A stretch of 64,000 nucleotides of DNA. It comes from Chrysomallon squamiferum (lineage: Eukaryota; Animalia; Mollusca). Within the stretch, counting starts at the first letter, position 1, and each line of letters begins with the position of its first letter. The position numbers and the translations under genes are program-made. The notes beneath the pieces were generated by a model. The model worked only from the letters and a program-made list of their open reading frames with translations. It did no database searches and was not told the origin of the DNA. Shown piece by piece: positions 41,837-56,083 of this stretch. The stretch is from positions 2,852,001-2,916,000 of the forward strand of contig CM022679.1 in NCBI GenBank assembly GCA_012295275.1, written 5' to 3'.

Positions 41837-41887
41837 GTTACATCTGAGAGATAATAAATATTATGAATTTCTGTTTAATAATAAAAA

Positions 41888-41929
<42 letters not shown>

Positions 41930-42001
41930 TTCCAAACATTGCCTACATTTTGAAAACACCAGATCAGAATGTTTTATACTTTGCTATGTTTTCATCGATT
42001 T

Positions 42002-42026
42002 GGGGGTTTTCAGTTTTGGAAATTCC
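42002..42026 (+). promoter_or_regulatory. Partly degenerate kB-type sites upstream of C6
   Basis: GGGGGTTTTCA and GGAAATTCC. Confidence 0.45.
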
Positions 42027-42103
42027 AGATCTATGTTTAGAATATATGCTTGGCTAAAACATTAAGTTAAAGTGGTAGACAGAAGCTGATCGTTCTAATG
42101 ATG

Positions 42104-43161
42104 ATGGAGCTGATTTATTATTCATCAGCTATAATTTTACTTTCTGTTTACGTTCTAACAAAATCCAATTGTCAACCGAACACTTATTACGACTCTTCAA
42201 CAAGGGATTGTGATTCGTGTGATTCTATTTGCACATTTGCAAAATATCAAGGCACCGTAGACAAGTGCAAAAAACTCTGTCCCGGTAAATGTATAAATAT
42301 AAATATAAATATATATAAATATATTCTGTTCTAACAGTTTTGACAAATTGTAGATTGTAGTAGAACCTGCATGAGCGCATCCATCTTGGAATGAACGATC
42401 TTCGTGTCGAAGCGCTATTGTTATTCATAATACTCATTTTAACAGTCTCGTCAAATTCTGGTTATATGTTTTTCTATTAGAAACGTCATATACAAAAGAT
42501 GAATAAAGTTCCACTGCTAAGTTCTGTTTCAAGACCTTTCCACTGTTAATCAACAATCACTTTGAATACATTTCTTCAGCACAACTTTCCCTCAAATTTT
42601 CCCCTCAAATGTTACGTAGTCTTCATTCGTAAAACTGAATGTGGCTTTATTGCTTTTATCTAATAAAAATAACTTTTTATATGAATTACAGTGATAATGT
42701 ATGAGGTCTGATTTATTTTTCTGTTGTATTAATAGTATGTATAACTGACTACACTGTTCAGTCTATGATACAGGCCATCAGGTAAAGTATATCAAGTTTT
42801 AGGTGTCTAAATATATATTTGTTTTCTTTTTTGTTTCTAGGATACATCATCCCTAAATCAACAGATCCACCTATTTCAAATAGCACCATAGCGATTATTG
42901 TCATTATGGTAGTTGTTGTGGTCACCTGTGCTACTGGTTTTTCGAACTGCCTGAAAAAGAAAAAATGTGCTAAAGGACGTGAAAAAAAGCAAGGTTTGAC
43001 ATCATATACGTATTTATTTGACAAGCAAATTTGTTTTGTTTATTTCTTTATTTACTCAAATAGCATTTTTGTTACTTTAGCTGACTTTTTTGTTGATTTT
43101 TTTTTTCTTTCTTTATTAAAATGGTCATATATCTCTATAAGCAGATTTTAAAAAAAAGTTA

Positions 43162-43201
<40 letters not shown>

Positions 43202-43801
43202 TTCAAAGATTTGATTTTGTTTTTCCTGTCTAAGGAAAGATGTATCAGCATTGTATATGGCGATATCCTTTGAATTATTCAACGATTTTCACACCTTTTA
43301 AAATATCAAACTGATTTCTGTCACGTTATTAAGAATAGTGTATTAAAGCCTGTTTGTTTTTAGGATCTCTTCAATATATTTTAATGGTTTTGTGAAAATA
43401 CTTTTCATATTGCTAATTAACTAATGTTTGTTCTTATATACAAAATGTGTGTGTAAAGGAGATTGTGTGTCCATATGTGTTTCTTTATATATCGATGTGT
43501 GTGTGTGTGTGTGTGTGTGTGTGACTGTGTGTGATAGTGTATGAGTATGTGTGTGTTTGTCGTGATATTGGTTAATCTCTTGCAGGCAGGATAATTTCAC
43601 CATAATCTTTTTTTTCTCTCGGTCAAAATTAAAAACATGACTATGACGTGTTTACTGGTTTTACTGAAATATGTAACAGTTGAGTTTTTCTTTTCTGCAG
43701 AGAAAAAACAGAAAAGAAAACTGCTTCCTCCAGAAGACAGGAAAAAACGTGTGGAAGCAACAGAAGATAATCCTGCTTCTCAGAAACTAATGGTAAACTA
43801 G
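42104..43801 (+). CDS. Single-CRD TNFR-like receptor C6 (~144 aa)
   Basis: Exons 42104-42284 (additional in-frame ATGs at 42098 and 42101), 42841-42993 (stalk 6 aa shorter) and 43701-43801 (tail RKKRVEATED). Confidence 0.82.
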
Positions 43802-45248
43802 AAGGGAGACAACCATTGAAAACAAAATAATGTTTAATAAACATGAAAAAGGATATTCTTCAAAAAAAGAACAAAATAATTTAGATCTGAACAAAGAATC
43901 AAAACTGTATTAAAAAAAAAAACAAAGATAATTGAAATAAATAAATAAATAAATTAAAAACTAAAAAGTCAAAAATGTAAAATAATGTGTATTTGAACAA
44001 ACAAAAACAAAATAACAACAACAGCTATAGTATTTTTACACTTTTGTACAATCTTACTGAATTAAAAATTATTATAGGCCTGAATAAGGTAAGTAATAGA
44101 TAATTAAATACTTTGTCTTCTGTTATCTGCTCTTAGTAACAAGCTGCATTATAGCATCCTTATTGTTACACTAATTTAAAATTGTACTTAACTTGTAATT
44201 AGATGTTAAAGAATGTTAAGAATTACTATTTACATTCAACTTGTACTGAAGTCTTAAATAATTTTAAAATGTTACAGAATAAGAATAAGATCATATTATT
44301 GTTTAGTAAGTTATTTACATTTGACTTGTATTTGAGTGTCAAAGTATTTTAAATTGTTATAGAACAAGAGGCATCAGAATATGTGAAACAAGCGGGCTTC
44401 TCCTTCCCTTGAAAAACTCGATAAACTGATAACATGCTGAACATATAAGAGTTTTCGGTAGAGACAACATATGAACTGTTTAATACCTAATATCTGTTCT
44501 GTTGTTTTTGACTTGTACATATCTAAAACACGCGAACATAATTTGTCCTGAAAGTTTCATGTACGTGCAATTTTCACTCGCTCATTTTGTTTCTTATGGT
44601 CAGACTGAATCTACCCGATTATTTGTCCCTGGGTGAAATAAACCAGGATAAAAAAATAAAATAAATAACGAGCCTAAAAAAAAACCTGAAATTTATTTAT
44701 TTTTCAAAACTGTTGTTGATTTGAAGAAATGCGCCCCCTGAAATGTGTGCGTGCGTATGTGTGTGTTACTTAAAAGACTACAAGTATTTGATCTCAAACC
44801 ATAATCTTCTGCAATACACAAACTCGGCTACAGCTTGGAGCTCCCTCCAGAAAGGTGTTTCAGGTTCTACTTAGGGGAAATAACTTTATTTCTTTGTTTA
44901 TTTGAGTAGCATTAGTTTTAGTTTAGCTGATTATTATTTTTTTTATTTCTGTTGATAAACATATCATCAAGTCGAAATGCACGTGCTAAAGCGAAAATAT
45001 TGAAATGCCGCTATATCGTTAGCAAGGAATATACTAGAAATGGTAAGCTGGCAATCATGCTTAACTTTCGGAGTAGAACTATTTGTTGCTTGTAAAAGTT
45101 CGAAACTGACCAAGTGAATGTTTACAATCTAATTAGGTCACAGACGATGATCCATATAACCAGTCAGAAAAGGGGGCGGCCTTTTCTGGGTAAATGTACA
45201 TGTTCATTTTACGTGATAATTAATTAAATTAATAAAATATACATACAT

Positions 45249-45293
<45 letters not shown>

Positions 45294-45383
45294 TATAATG
45301 TATGTATGTATGTGTCTGTTTGTGTGTATGTTTTGTGTGTACACCCACATATACAATATTACACACATATGTTTCATTTATAG

Positions 45384-46806
45384 GACACTCCACCGCGTTA
45401 CCAACCGGTCAACGTTCTGAATACGTATTGGCAATTTCTTCTAGCTGCTGTGATCTACGTCATTCGTTTTGAGTACTTGAGAAGAAGACAAGAAAACCAA
45501 GGTGTGACATAATTTACATATTTACTTGCAAGTATTTTCTTTATTTATTTGAGTACCATTACTTGTAATTTAGAAAAAATTTATTACTGATATTTTAGAG
45601 TTATTTAATATTTTATTTCATTAAAATGACCATATAACTTTAAAAGTAAATTTTAAGCTGTTGTGGTCATCAGGAGTATTCATGTCTCGCAAAGAAAGAA
45701 AATGAAAAAAAATTTACTTATTTATTTCACTTGCAAGTTTTTACTTTATTTCTTTGTTTATGTGAGTAGCATTAGTTTTAGTTTAGCTGATAATTATTAT
45801 TTTTATTTAATATGTTACTTCATTTATAAGCAATTTCTTATTTTTTTTAAAATTAATTTATTTTTAAAATTATTATTAATTTTAAGATGTATATATTTTT
45901 TTCCTGTCTAAGGAAAGATGCATTCAGCCTTGTATGAGGAGATATTGTTTCACTTATTAAATGATTTTCACTCCTTTTAAAATAACACACTGATTTCTGT
46001 CACCTTATTAAGAACAGTTTGTGACCAGATATGGACTTACTTTTTATAGATTCTTTACAGATCAGGGGTGGGCAAACTTATTGGTTCAAGGTTTTTGAAA
46101 CTAACAAGTGGGCCACACCATTATGAGGTGGAAAAGGTCCGACCATAAAGAATAAAAAATACACATGAAATCTATTTCTTTTTTCTGTTTTTAATCAACA
46201 AATGCATTGTTGAAAGGCTGAGTCTAGTTGCAATGCGCCACCTGGTGGTACCAATTAAATACCTGGTGGCAACAGTGAAATAAAGACTACGAATTTAAAA
46301 ATGTTATAGGTTTATTGTTCGTGACGGGCTGGATAAAATGATGTTGCAACACAAGGCAATAATGTCGTAGTTTGCCCACCTCTGCTCTAGGTGATAAATA
46401 TTTATCCGTATTTCATTTAAATTTGTTAAGCCTGTTTCATTTCAGGAATATGCTTTTTTTTTTTTACTGGTTTTGAGTGAAACTTTTCACAATGTTTGTT
46501 CTCATATACAAAATGTGATTGTGTATGTGTGTTTCTCTATGTGTGTGCATGAGCATGCATGCATGTGTGTGTGTGTGTGTGTGTGCTTGCAATGAAATTG
46601 GTTTAACCCCATGCACTTTTTTTCAGGAACCCTCCATCTATTATTATTATTGTGTAAAATTTAAAAAATGACTATTAGGTATATACTGGTTTTGCTGAAG
46701 TTACGTACAAGTTGAATTCTTTTTTTTAGGTTCCAACATAAGAAGACCAGTGCAATGTTCAGAAGCAAATCCTACCTGTGATAAACTGGTAGTATCTGGT
46801 CACTAA
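45384..46806 (+). pseudogene. Type-B unit: divergent TM-like exon plus type-B tail, no upstream CRD exon seen
   Basis: 45384-45501 is open in phase 0-1 (DTPPRYQPVNVLNTYWQFLLAAVIYVIRFEYLRRRQENQG). It ends in the same AACCAAG|GT donor as family TM exons. Tail exon 46730-46806. Confidence 0.45.
46063..46384. mobile_element. hAT-like MITE
   Basis: TIRs CAGGGGTGGGCAAACT / AGTTTGCCCACCTCTG. Absent from paralogous intron sites near 54495 and 63230. Confidence 0.75.
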
Positions 46807-48445
46807 TTTGAGGAAGATTCTTTTTGTTTTCATGGTGTAGTAAACAACTTTTCAGTTAATTCTTGACATATATACACTACGGTTTACCTTCACTTTTCTG
46901 GACACCTGAAAAAGAGTAGTAAAAGAGATACTGTTCAGTTAGGATTGGCTTCAATTTGTGGGTAGAAGTTGAAAACATTCGCTTCAACTGTATGTAAAAA
47001 AAAAAAAAAAAAAAAAAACTTATTGAAATAAATAAATAAATTAATTAAAAACTAAAAAGTAAAAAATGTAAAATAATGTGTATTTGAACAAACAAAAACA
47101 AAATAACAACAACAGCTATAATATTTTTACACTTTTTGTACAATCTTACTGAATTAAAAATTATTATAGGCCTGAATAAGATAAGTAATAGATAATTAAA
47201 TACTTTGTCTTCTGTTATCTGCTCTTAGTAACAAGCTTCATTATAGCATCCTTATTGTTACACTAATTTAAAATTGTACTTAACTTGTAATTAGATGTTA
47301 AAGAATGTTAAGAATTACTATTTACATTCAACTTGAACTGAAGTCTTAAATAATTTTAAAATGTTACAGAATAAGAATAAGATCATATTTTTATTTAGTC
47401 ACGTATTTACATTTGACTTGTATTTGAGTGTCAAAGTATTTTAAATTGTTATAGAACAAGAGGCATCAGAATATGTGAAACAAGCGGGCCTCTCCTTCCC
47501 TTGAAAAACTAGATAAACTGATAACATGCTGAACATATAAGAGTTTTCGGTAGAGAGAACATATGAACTGTTTATTAACTAATATCTGTTCTGTTGTTTT
47601 TGACTTGTGCATAGCTATTGTGTAAATAAACGGTAAAATGAATGTGTTAAGATGCAGTTATGTTTATATATATATATATTTAATGTCTTCAAATTTTTAA
47701 TATTTACAGTTTTCATTTTGTTAAACTTTTACCGTTTATTTGTTGCAGTTTGCTTTGATTCTTATTGTTATTATTATTTTAGTTGACTAAATGTTGTTTG
47801 CTGTAAGAAATTATATTTATTTTTAATAATTAATTCTACTGATTGTTTGTAACATAAATGCATTTTGTAAATATTTGTGTTCTTCTATTTATGTCATTTA
47901 ACACCAAAAAAATATCTGATCAGAATGTCATATGTCATCTTTTGTGATATCAGATGTGTCACAAGATGCATTACTGTAATTAACACATTTGCATATTAAC
48001 ACATTTATTAACATATGCTTATTGTACCATGAAAATATAGACTGTTCTTGAATGTAAACATACGGTTTTAAAGTGTGATGAAGCCATTATGTCAGACTTA
48101 ATTGTCTATTCTAGACCATCAGTGACATGTAAATAAATGTTTTATACCTTTTATGTAGTTGTTTTCTTTCTTATTTTTTTTTACATAATTAGTTGTATAG
48201 TTGAATGAAATGAACAGTGAAAGACTCATTTGAACACAAAAAACTTCACTTTAGTAAACATCTTGCACTGACTGAAGAAACTGAGAACTGTGTATACGTA
48301 GAGGCCAGTAATCTCTTACACTAGAGTACTTCATTTGATAGAATACAAACATACAAATGTATACACATACATATGCATACACATTGTCAACAGCATTTCC
48401 CCACATCATTTTAACAATGTATTAACTTTAAACTGAAACAAACAA
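46505..48445 (+). repeat. ~2-kb segmental duplicate of ~31715-33745
   Basis: Near-identical block including the type-B tail exon and downstream sequence. Confidence 0.88.
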
Positions 48446-48459
48446 GTTGTTTAAATCTG

Positions 48460-50066
48460 ATGGAGCTGATTTATTATTCATTGGCTGTCATTTTACTTTC
48501 TGTTTACGTTCAAACAAACCCTATTTGTAAACCGAACACTTATTACGATTCTTGGACATATGAATGTGAGTCGTGTGGTTTTATTTGCACGTATCCAGAA
48601 ATTCAACGCACCGTAGACAAGTGCAAAAAACTCTGTCCAGATAAATGTATAGGTTATATAAATATATAAATATTTTGTTCTGAGATTTTTCAACTGATTA
48701 CTTATTTTGACTACTGATTTTCCTTTACGTTTAGATCGTAATTTAGCCTTTCTAATAGAAACTTCGTAACTCTTGATAGTAGAAAAGATGAGTAAAGTAC
48801 CACTGCAAAACATTTTTTCAAGACCTTTCCACTGTTAATCAACAATCACTTTGAATAAATTTCTTCAGCATAACTTAAAACAATTACTAGCTCATATTCG
48901 GGATCGGAGGCTTTTCCCCCTCAAATGTTTCGTAGTCTTCATTCGATGCTGGAGGCCACCCATTTGAAACGATAAAATAAAATATTGTGCGTGCCTGATA
49001 TTTGAAACTACAATTATTTATTGTTTGTAAACAATTGTTTGAAACGCGGAACCTTGATTATTGACAACAGAGTGATTTCTTTTTCTAAAATTCTGTAAAG
49101 AAATAAAATCAAATTAATTGCTGTATTATAATTAAAATTCATTTATTTTCTAATTTTGTGGTGTTATTACTTTCATCTAACAAAAATAACTTTTTTATGT
49201 GAATTACAGTGATAATGTATGAGGTCTGATTTATTTTTCTGTTGTATTAACTGACTACACTTTTTACATGCCATAAGGACAGAAATTACGGGACATCAGA
49301 TGAAGTATATAAAGTTTGTGGTGTCTTTATTTCTTTAAATTATGCACAATACAGCTAAACTGGTTTCATTTCTTTTTCTTTTATTTTTTGTTTCCAGGAT
49401 TCACCACCCCTAAATCAACAGATCAACCTATTGAGCATGAGGAGCCTAATTCATATAGCACTATAGTGATTATTGCCATTATAGTAGTTATTCTGGTCAT
49501 CAGTGCTATTGGTTTTTCGTACTGGCTAATAAAGACAAAATGGGCTAAAGCACATGAAAAGAAGCAAGGTTTGACATCATTTACATATTTATTTGACTTG
49601 CTAGTTTTTTGTTTATGTCCTTATTTATTCAAGTAGCATTATTGTTAGTTTAGCTCATTTTTTCCTTAATGTTCTTTCATTAAAATGGTCATATATCTCT
49701 ATAAGCAGATTTTTCAAACAAATTATTTTATTATTATTATTATTATTATTATTTTCAAAGATTTGATTTTGTTTTTCCTGTCTAAGGAAAGATGCATCAG
49801 CATTGTATATGGCGATATCCTTTGAATTATTCAACGATTTTCACAACTTTTAAAATATCACACTGATTTCTGTCACGTTATTAAGAATAGTGTATTAAAG
49901 CCTGTTTGTTTTAAGGATCTGTTCAATATATTTTACTGGTTTTGTGAAAATACTTTTCAAAATGCTAATTAACTAATGTTTGTTCTTATATACAAAGTGT
50001 GTGTGTAAATGAGTGTGTCTGTTTATATGTGTATCTCTATGTATCGATGTGTGTGTGTGTGTGTGT

Positions 50067-50103
<37 letters not shown>

Positions 50104-50379
50104 TGTGTGTGATAGTGTGTGAGTACGTGTGTGTTTGCCCTGACATTGCTTAATCTCTTGCAGTCAGGATAATTTCACCACAATCTTTTTTTTCTCTCGG
50201 TAAAATTAAAAACATGACTATGATGTGTATACTGGTTTTGCTGAAGTTATGTAACAGTTGAGTTTTTCTTTTCTGCAGTGGAAGAACAGATTGTGGTACT
50301 GATTCCTCTAGAAGAGCGGAAAAAACCTGTGGAAGCAACAGAAGATAATCCTGCTTCTCAGAAACTAGTGGTAAACTAG
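48460..50379 (+). CDS. Single-CRD TNFR-like receptor C7, first donor mutated (GT>AT)
   Basis: CRD exon 48460-48640 is followed by ATAAAT instead of GTAAAT. TM exon 49398-49568 and tail 50279-50379 (PVEATED) are intact. Confidence 0.65.
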
Positions 50380-51100
50380 AAGGGAGACAACCATTGAAAA
50401 CAAAATGATTTTTAATAAACATGAAAAAGGATACTCTTCAAATAAAGTAACAAAATAATTTAGATATGAATAAAGAAACAAAACTGTATTAAAAAAAATA
50501 ATAATAATTGAAATAAATAAATAAATAAATTAAAAACTAAAAAGTCAAAAATGTAAAATAATGTGTATTTGAACAAACAAAAACAAAATAACAACAGCTA
50601 TAGTATTTTTACACTTTTGTACAAACTTACCGAATTAAAAGTTATTATAGGCCTGAATAAGATAAGTAATAGATAATTAAATACTTTGTCTTGGTTATCT
50701 GCTCTCAGTAACAAGCTGCATTATAGCATCCTTATTGTTACACTAATTTAAAATTGTACTTAACTTGTAATTAGATGTTAAAGAATGTTAAGAATTACTA
50801 TTTACATTTAACTTGTCCTGAAGTCTTAAATAATTTTAAAATGTTACAGAATAAGAATAAGATCATATTATTATTTAGTGAATTATTTACATTTGTATGT
50901 ATTTGAGTGTCAACGTATTTTAAATTGTTATAGAATAAGAGGCATCAGAATATGTGAAACAAGCGGGCTTCTCCTTCCCTTGAAAAACTAGATAAACCGG
51001 TAACATGCTGAACATATACGAGTTTTAGGTAGAGAGAACATATGAACTGTTTAATACCTAATATCTGTTCTGTTGTTTTTGACTTGTGCATAGCTATTGT

Positions 51101-51265
51101 CAGCTGTAATTTTACTTTCTGTTTACGTTCAACAAAACCTAATTAGTACCTGCAACGCCTTTCTGCGGTGGGCCCCAATTAGGTTTTGTTAGAATGTAAA
51201 CAGAAAGTAAAATTACAGCTGTCAAATAATAAATCAACTCCACAGATTTAAATGGCGATCCGAAC
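51101..51265. repeat. Inverted repeat derived from receptor exon 1 (hairpin copy 2)
   Basis: Same sequence as 39819-39983, offset 11282 bp. Confidence 0.9.
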
Positions 51266-52741
51266 TATATATATTTACAAATTTATTTATTTACACTTTT
51301 CATTTTGTTAAAATGTACCGTTTATGTACACAATAGCTATGTACACAAAGTCAAACTGCAGTTATTGTAATGGCACTTTATTGGAAGAAACTGATTTCTG
51401 AAGCATATTAACAGTTGATGCATTTTGTTGCAGTTTGGTTTTGATTCTTATTGTTATTATTATTTTAGTTGTCTATATGTTATTTGCTGTATGAAATTCT
51501 ATTTATTTTTAGTAATTAATTCTACTGATTGTTTGTACATAAATGCATTTTGTAAATATTTGTGTTGTTTTATTTATGCTGGTTAACACACACAAATAAA
51601 TATCTGATCAGACTGACATGTCATCTTTTGTGATACGAGTCTTGTGAAAGACTTTATAAATCAGATGTTTTACAAGATGCATTACTGTAATGAACATATT
51701 TGCATATTAACACATTTATTCACACATTCTTATTGTACATATTGACTGTTCTTGAATGTAAAATAGTTTTAGATTGTGATGATACCTTTATGTGAAGCGG
51801 AAAGTAATATGTAAATAAATATTTTGTACTGTTAATGTAATTGTTATTTTTGTTATAATTAGTTGTATACTTGTATGAAATGAACAGTAAAATTCTCGTC
51901 TGAACACAAAAAACTTCACTTTATTAAGCATCTTCCACTGACTGAACAAACTGAGACTTGGGTTAAACGACCATCTGATAGAAACATGCCAGAAATTATT
52001 CACAGGCATAATTGAGGATTTTATAATAAAATGAAACTGAAAAAAAAGTTTTCCTAAGTTAGATGTTATGTTCTTTCCAACAATAGAAGCCTTTTGTGCT
52101 ATCCCAGTATCATTTTACCTCGTAGAACATTAAACTCTTGCTGATTTCAAAAATGATTTGGGGTAGTATTTTTGTATATTCCAAGCAGATAGTGTGTTTT
52201 ATTACAAATCACAATACAATGGTGTAACAATCACATTTACACGTTTGAAAAATAAAAGGAAAGCACACACAGACACAGACACACAGAAATTCAAAGACAT
52301 CATTGCATAAACAATACTAATTTAGTGAATTTGTTTGTTTATAATATATTGCTGATACAATGAGTTTGCGTATTTTGAGCATACATCGATAAACGCAAAT
52401 TCTTACTTACTCTGTGATGCTTGCATTATTTTAAAAATTAAACATTTAATATCTTTATCACAATGTAACCGGAGGTTTGCAGCTATTAATAGTAGTAGTC
52501 GTCTTTGAGTCAGTCCTCACTTAACGACCGAGTTGGTTCCTATGACTACGTCTTTGTGCGAAATTGTCTATAACCGAGAAGCCACACATTACTGATAACA
52601 GAAGCAGGATCGTTGCAAGACGTCTGCTTTTAAGAAGTATTTAGATGCAGGAATGTACGACTAAATAGTTTTTGTGCAATGTAAATATTAACTTTTTAAA
52701 CAGAAATTCATATTTATTATCTATCAAAATTAAAATTAAAA

Positions 52742-52780
<39 letters not shown>

Positions 52781-52853
52781 TTTCAAACACTGCCTACATT
52801 TTGAAAACACCACATCAGAATGTTTTATACTTTGCTTTGTTTTCATCGATTTA

Positions 52854-52878
52854 GGGGTTTCCCGAATTTGGGTTTTCC
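52854..52878 (+). promoter_or_regulatory. Paired kB-type sites upstream of C8
   Basis: GGGGTTTCCC and GGGTTTTCC. Confidence 0.6.
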
Positions 52879-52966
52879 AGATTTATTTTTAGAATATAGG
52901 CTCGGCTTTAATATATAGTTAAAGTGGTAGACAGAAGCTGATCGTTCGGATCGCCATTTAAATCTG

Positions 52967-54258
52967 ATGGAGCTGATTTATTATTCATCGGCTGTAATTT
53001 TACTTTCTGTTTACGTTCTAACAAAACCTATTTGTCCACCGAACACTTATTACGATTCTTCGACAGATAACTGTGATTCGTGTGGTTTTATTTGCACGTA
53101 TGCAGAAATTCAACGCACCGTAGACAAGTGCAACAAACTCTGTCCAGGTAAATGTATAGGTTACATAAATATATACCGAGGAATATTTTGTTCTAAGAAT
53201 TTTTTCAACTGATTACTTATTTTGAGTAGTGATTTTTTTCTTTACGTTTAGATCGTAATTTAGCCTGCACGAGCGCATCCATCTTGGAATGAACGACCTT
53301 CACTTCGAAGCTCTGTCGTAATACTAATTTTAAGTCTCGTGAGATCTCGCTTATATGTTTTTCTATTAGAAACGCCATAACTCTTGATAGTAGAAAAGAT
53401 GAGTAAAGTACCACTGCAAAACATTTTTTCAAGACCTTTCCACTGTTAATCAACAATCACTTTGAATAAATTTCTTCAGCATAACTTAAAACAATTACTA
53501 GCTCATATTCGGGATCGGAGGCTTTTCCCCCTCAAATGTTTCGTAGTCTTCATTCGATGCTGGAGGCCACCTATTTGAAACGATAAAATAAAATATTGTG
53601 CGTGCCTGATATTTGAAACTACAATTATTTATTGTTTGTAAACAATTGTTTGAAACGCGGAACCTCGCTTACTGACAACAGAGTGATTTCTTTTTCTAAA
53701 ATTCTGTAAAGAAATAAAATCAAATTAATTGCTGTATTATAATTAAAATTTATTTATTTTCTAATTTTGTGGTGTTATTACTTTCATCTAATAAAAATAA
53801 CTTTTTATATGAATTACAGTGATAATGTATGAGGTCTGATTTATTTTTCTGTTGTATTAACTGACTACACTTTTCACTCTGTAATAAATTATAGGACATC
53901 AGTTGAAGTATATGAAGTTTGTGGTGTCTTTATTTCTTTAAATTATGCACATTACAGCTAAACTGGTTTCATTTCTTTTTCTTTTCTTTTTTGTTTCCAG
54001 GATTCACCACCCCTAAAACAGATCAACCTATTGAGCATGAGGAGCCTAATTCATATAGCACTATAGTGATTATTGCCATTATAGTAGTTATTTTGGTCAT
54101 CAGTGCTGTTGGTTTTTCGTACTGGCTAAGAAACAAAATGTGTGCTAAAGCACGTGAAAAACAGCAAGGTTTGACATCATTTACATATTTATTTCACTTG
54201 CAAGTTCTTTTTATTTATTTCTTTATTTATTTGAGTAGCATTATTCTTAGTTTAGCTG

Positions 54259-54290
<32 letters not shown>

Positions 54291-54689
54291 TTTTATTATT
54301 ATTATTATTATTATTATTTTCTTTAAGATGAATTTTTTTTTCCTGTTTGAGGAAAGATGTATCAGCCTTGTATGAGGAGATATTGTTTGAATTATTAAAC
54401 GATTTTCACACCTTTTAAAATAATACACTGATTTCTGTCACCTTTTTAAGACTAGTTTGTGACCAGATACGGATTTAGATTTCATAGATTCTTTACTGAT
54501 GATACCTAATTCATGATTTCTCTCTAAATAAATCTGTATTTCATTTAAATTTGTTAAGCCTGTTTCTTTTCAGGATCTGTTAAATATATTTTACTGGTGC
54601 TGTGAAAACACTTTTCATAATGCTAAATAACTAATGTTTGTTCTTATATACAAAGTGTGTGTCTGTTTATATGTGTATCTCTGTATCTC

Positions 54690-54755
<66 letters not shown>

Positions 54756-55010
54756 TTGTTTGCGTTTGCCATGATATTGGTTAATCTCTTGCAGTCAGGA
54801 TAATTTCACCATAATCTTTTTTTTTCTCTCGGTAAAATTAAAAACATGACTATGACGTGTTTACTGGTTTTACTGAAATATGTAACAGTTGAGTGATTCT
54901 TTTCTGCAGAGAAAAAACAGAAAAGAAAACTGCTTCCTCCAGAAGACAGGAAAAAACCGGTGGAAGCAACAGAAGAGAATCCTTCTTCTCAGGAACTAGT
55001 GGCAAACTAG
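52967..55010 (+). CDS. Single-CRD TNFR-like receptor C8 (~149 aa)
   Basis: Exons 52967-53147, 54001-54168 (TM) and 54910-55010 (PVEATEENPSSQELVAN*). Confidence 0.85.
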
Positions 55011-56039
55011 AAGGGAGACAACCATTAAAAACAAAATATTTTTTGATAAACATGAAAAAGGATTCTCTTTAAAAAAAAGAACAAAATAATTTAGATCTGA
55101 ACAAAGAAACAAAAGTGGATCTAAAAAAAAAAAATGTAAATAAAATAAAATAAATAAATTAAAAAATAAATAAATAAATGAATTAAGAATTAAAAAGTAA
55201 AAACTGTAAAATAATGTGTATTTGAACAAAGAACAAACAAAATAACAACAACAAGTAATAGATATTAAATACTATTCTGTTTTCTGCTCTTAGTAACAAG
55301 CTGCATTTTCAGATTACAGATTTATTAAAAAAAAATTGTATCAAGTGATTATAGCATCTTTATTGCTACACTAATTTTAAATTGTACTTAACTTGTACTT
55401 AAATGTTAAAGAATGTTAAGAATTACTATTTACTGCAGATGAAAATCATTAAATCCTTTATTTATTTGGTTAAAACTTGTCTGCAGCTGACAATAGCTAA
55501 AAACCAAGGACTCCCTGGAGACAAACTAACTGCCCTCATGAAATGTGTATGTGTATGTGGCTCACCAGTTCTAACCTGGCATACATGATTGACTGCTTAT
55601 ATCCCTCCTGCCCTTCAAATTAGAGTCTGTGGAAGAGCCAAGATGCCCCAATTAACCAACCACCACAGTACAATGCTGATGTCATCTTCAGCTCCTAACA
55701 CTGAGTATATCCACATTACCTTAAGCTGAAGTGGAACCTAACCCAAGACCAGAGGAACCTTATCTCTCTTCAGGGTTCCTCCAGCCAGAATGAGTCTATA
55801 TCCAGTCCATCCATCATGGAAACACTTGGCCTCCACCCAAAACAACAGTACTGCAGTTGTTGTAATGACACTTTATTGGAAGAAACTGATTTCTGATGCA
55901 TGATTTCTCTCTAAATAAATATGTATTTCATTTAAATTTGTTAAGCCTGTTTGTTTTAGGGATCTGTTAAATATATTTCACTGGTTCTGTGAAAACACTT
56001 TTCATAATGCTAAATAACTAATGTTTGTTCTTATATACA

Positions 56040-56083
<44 letters not shown>

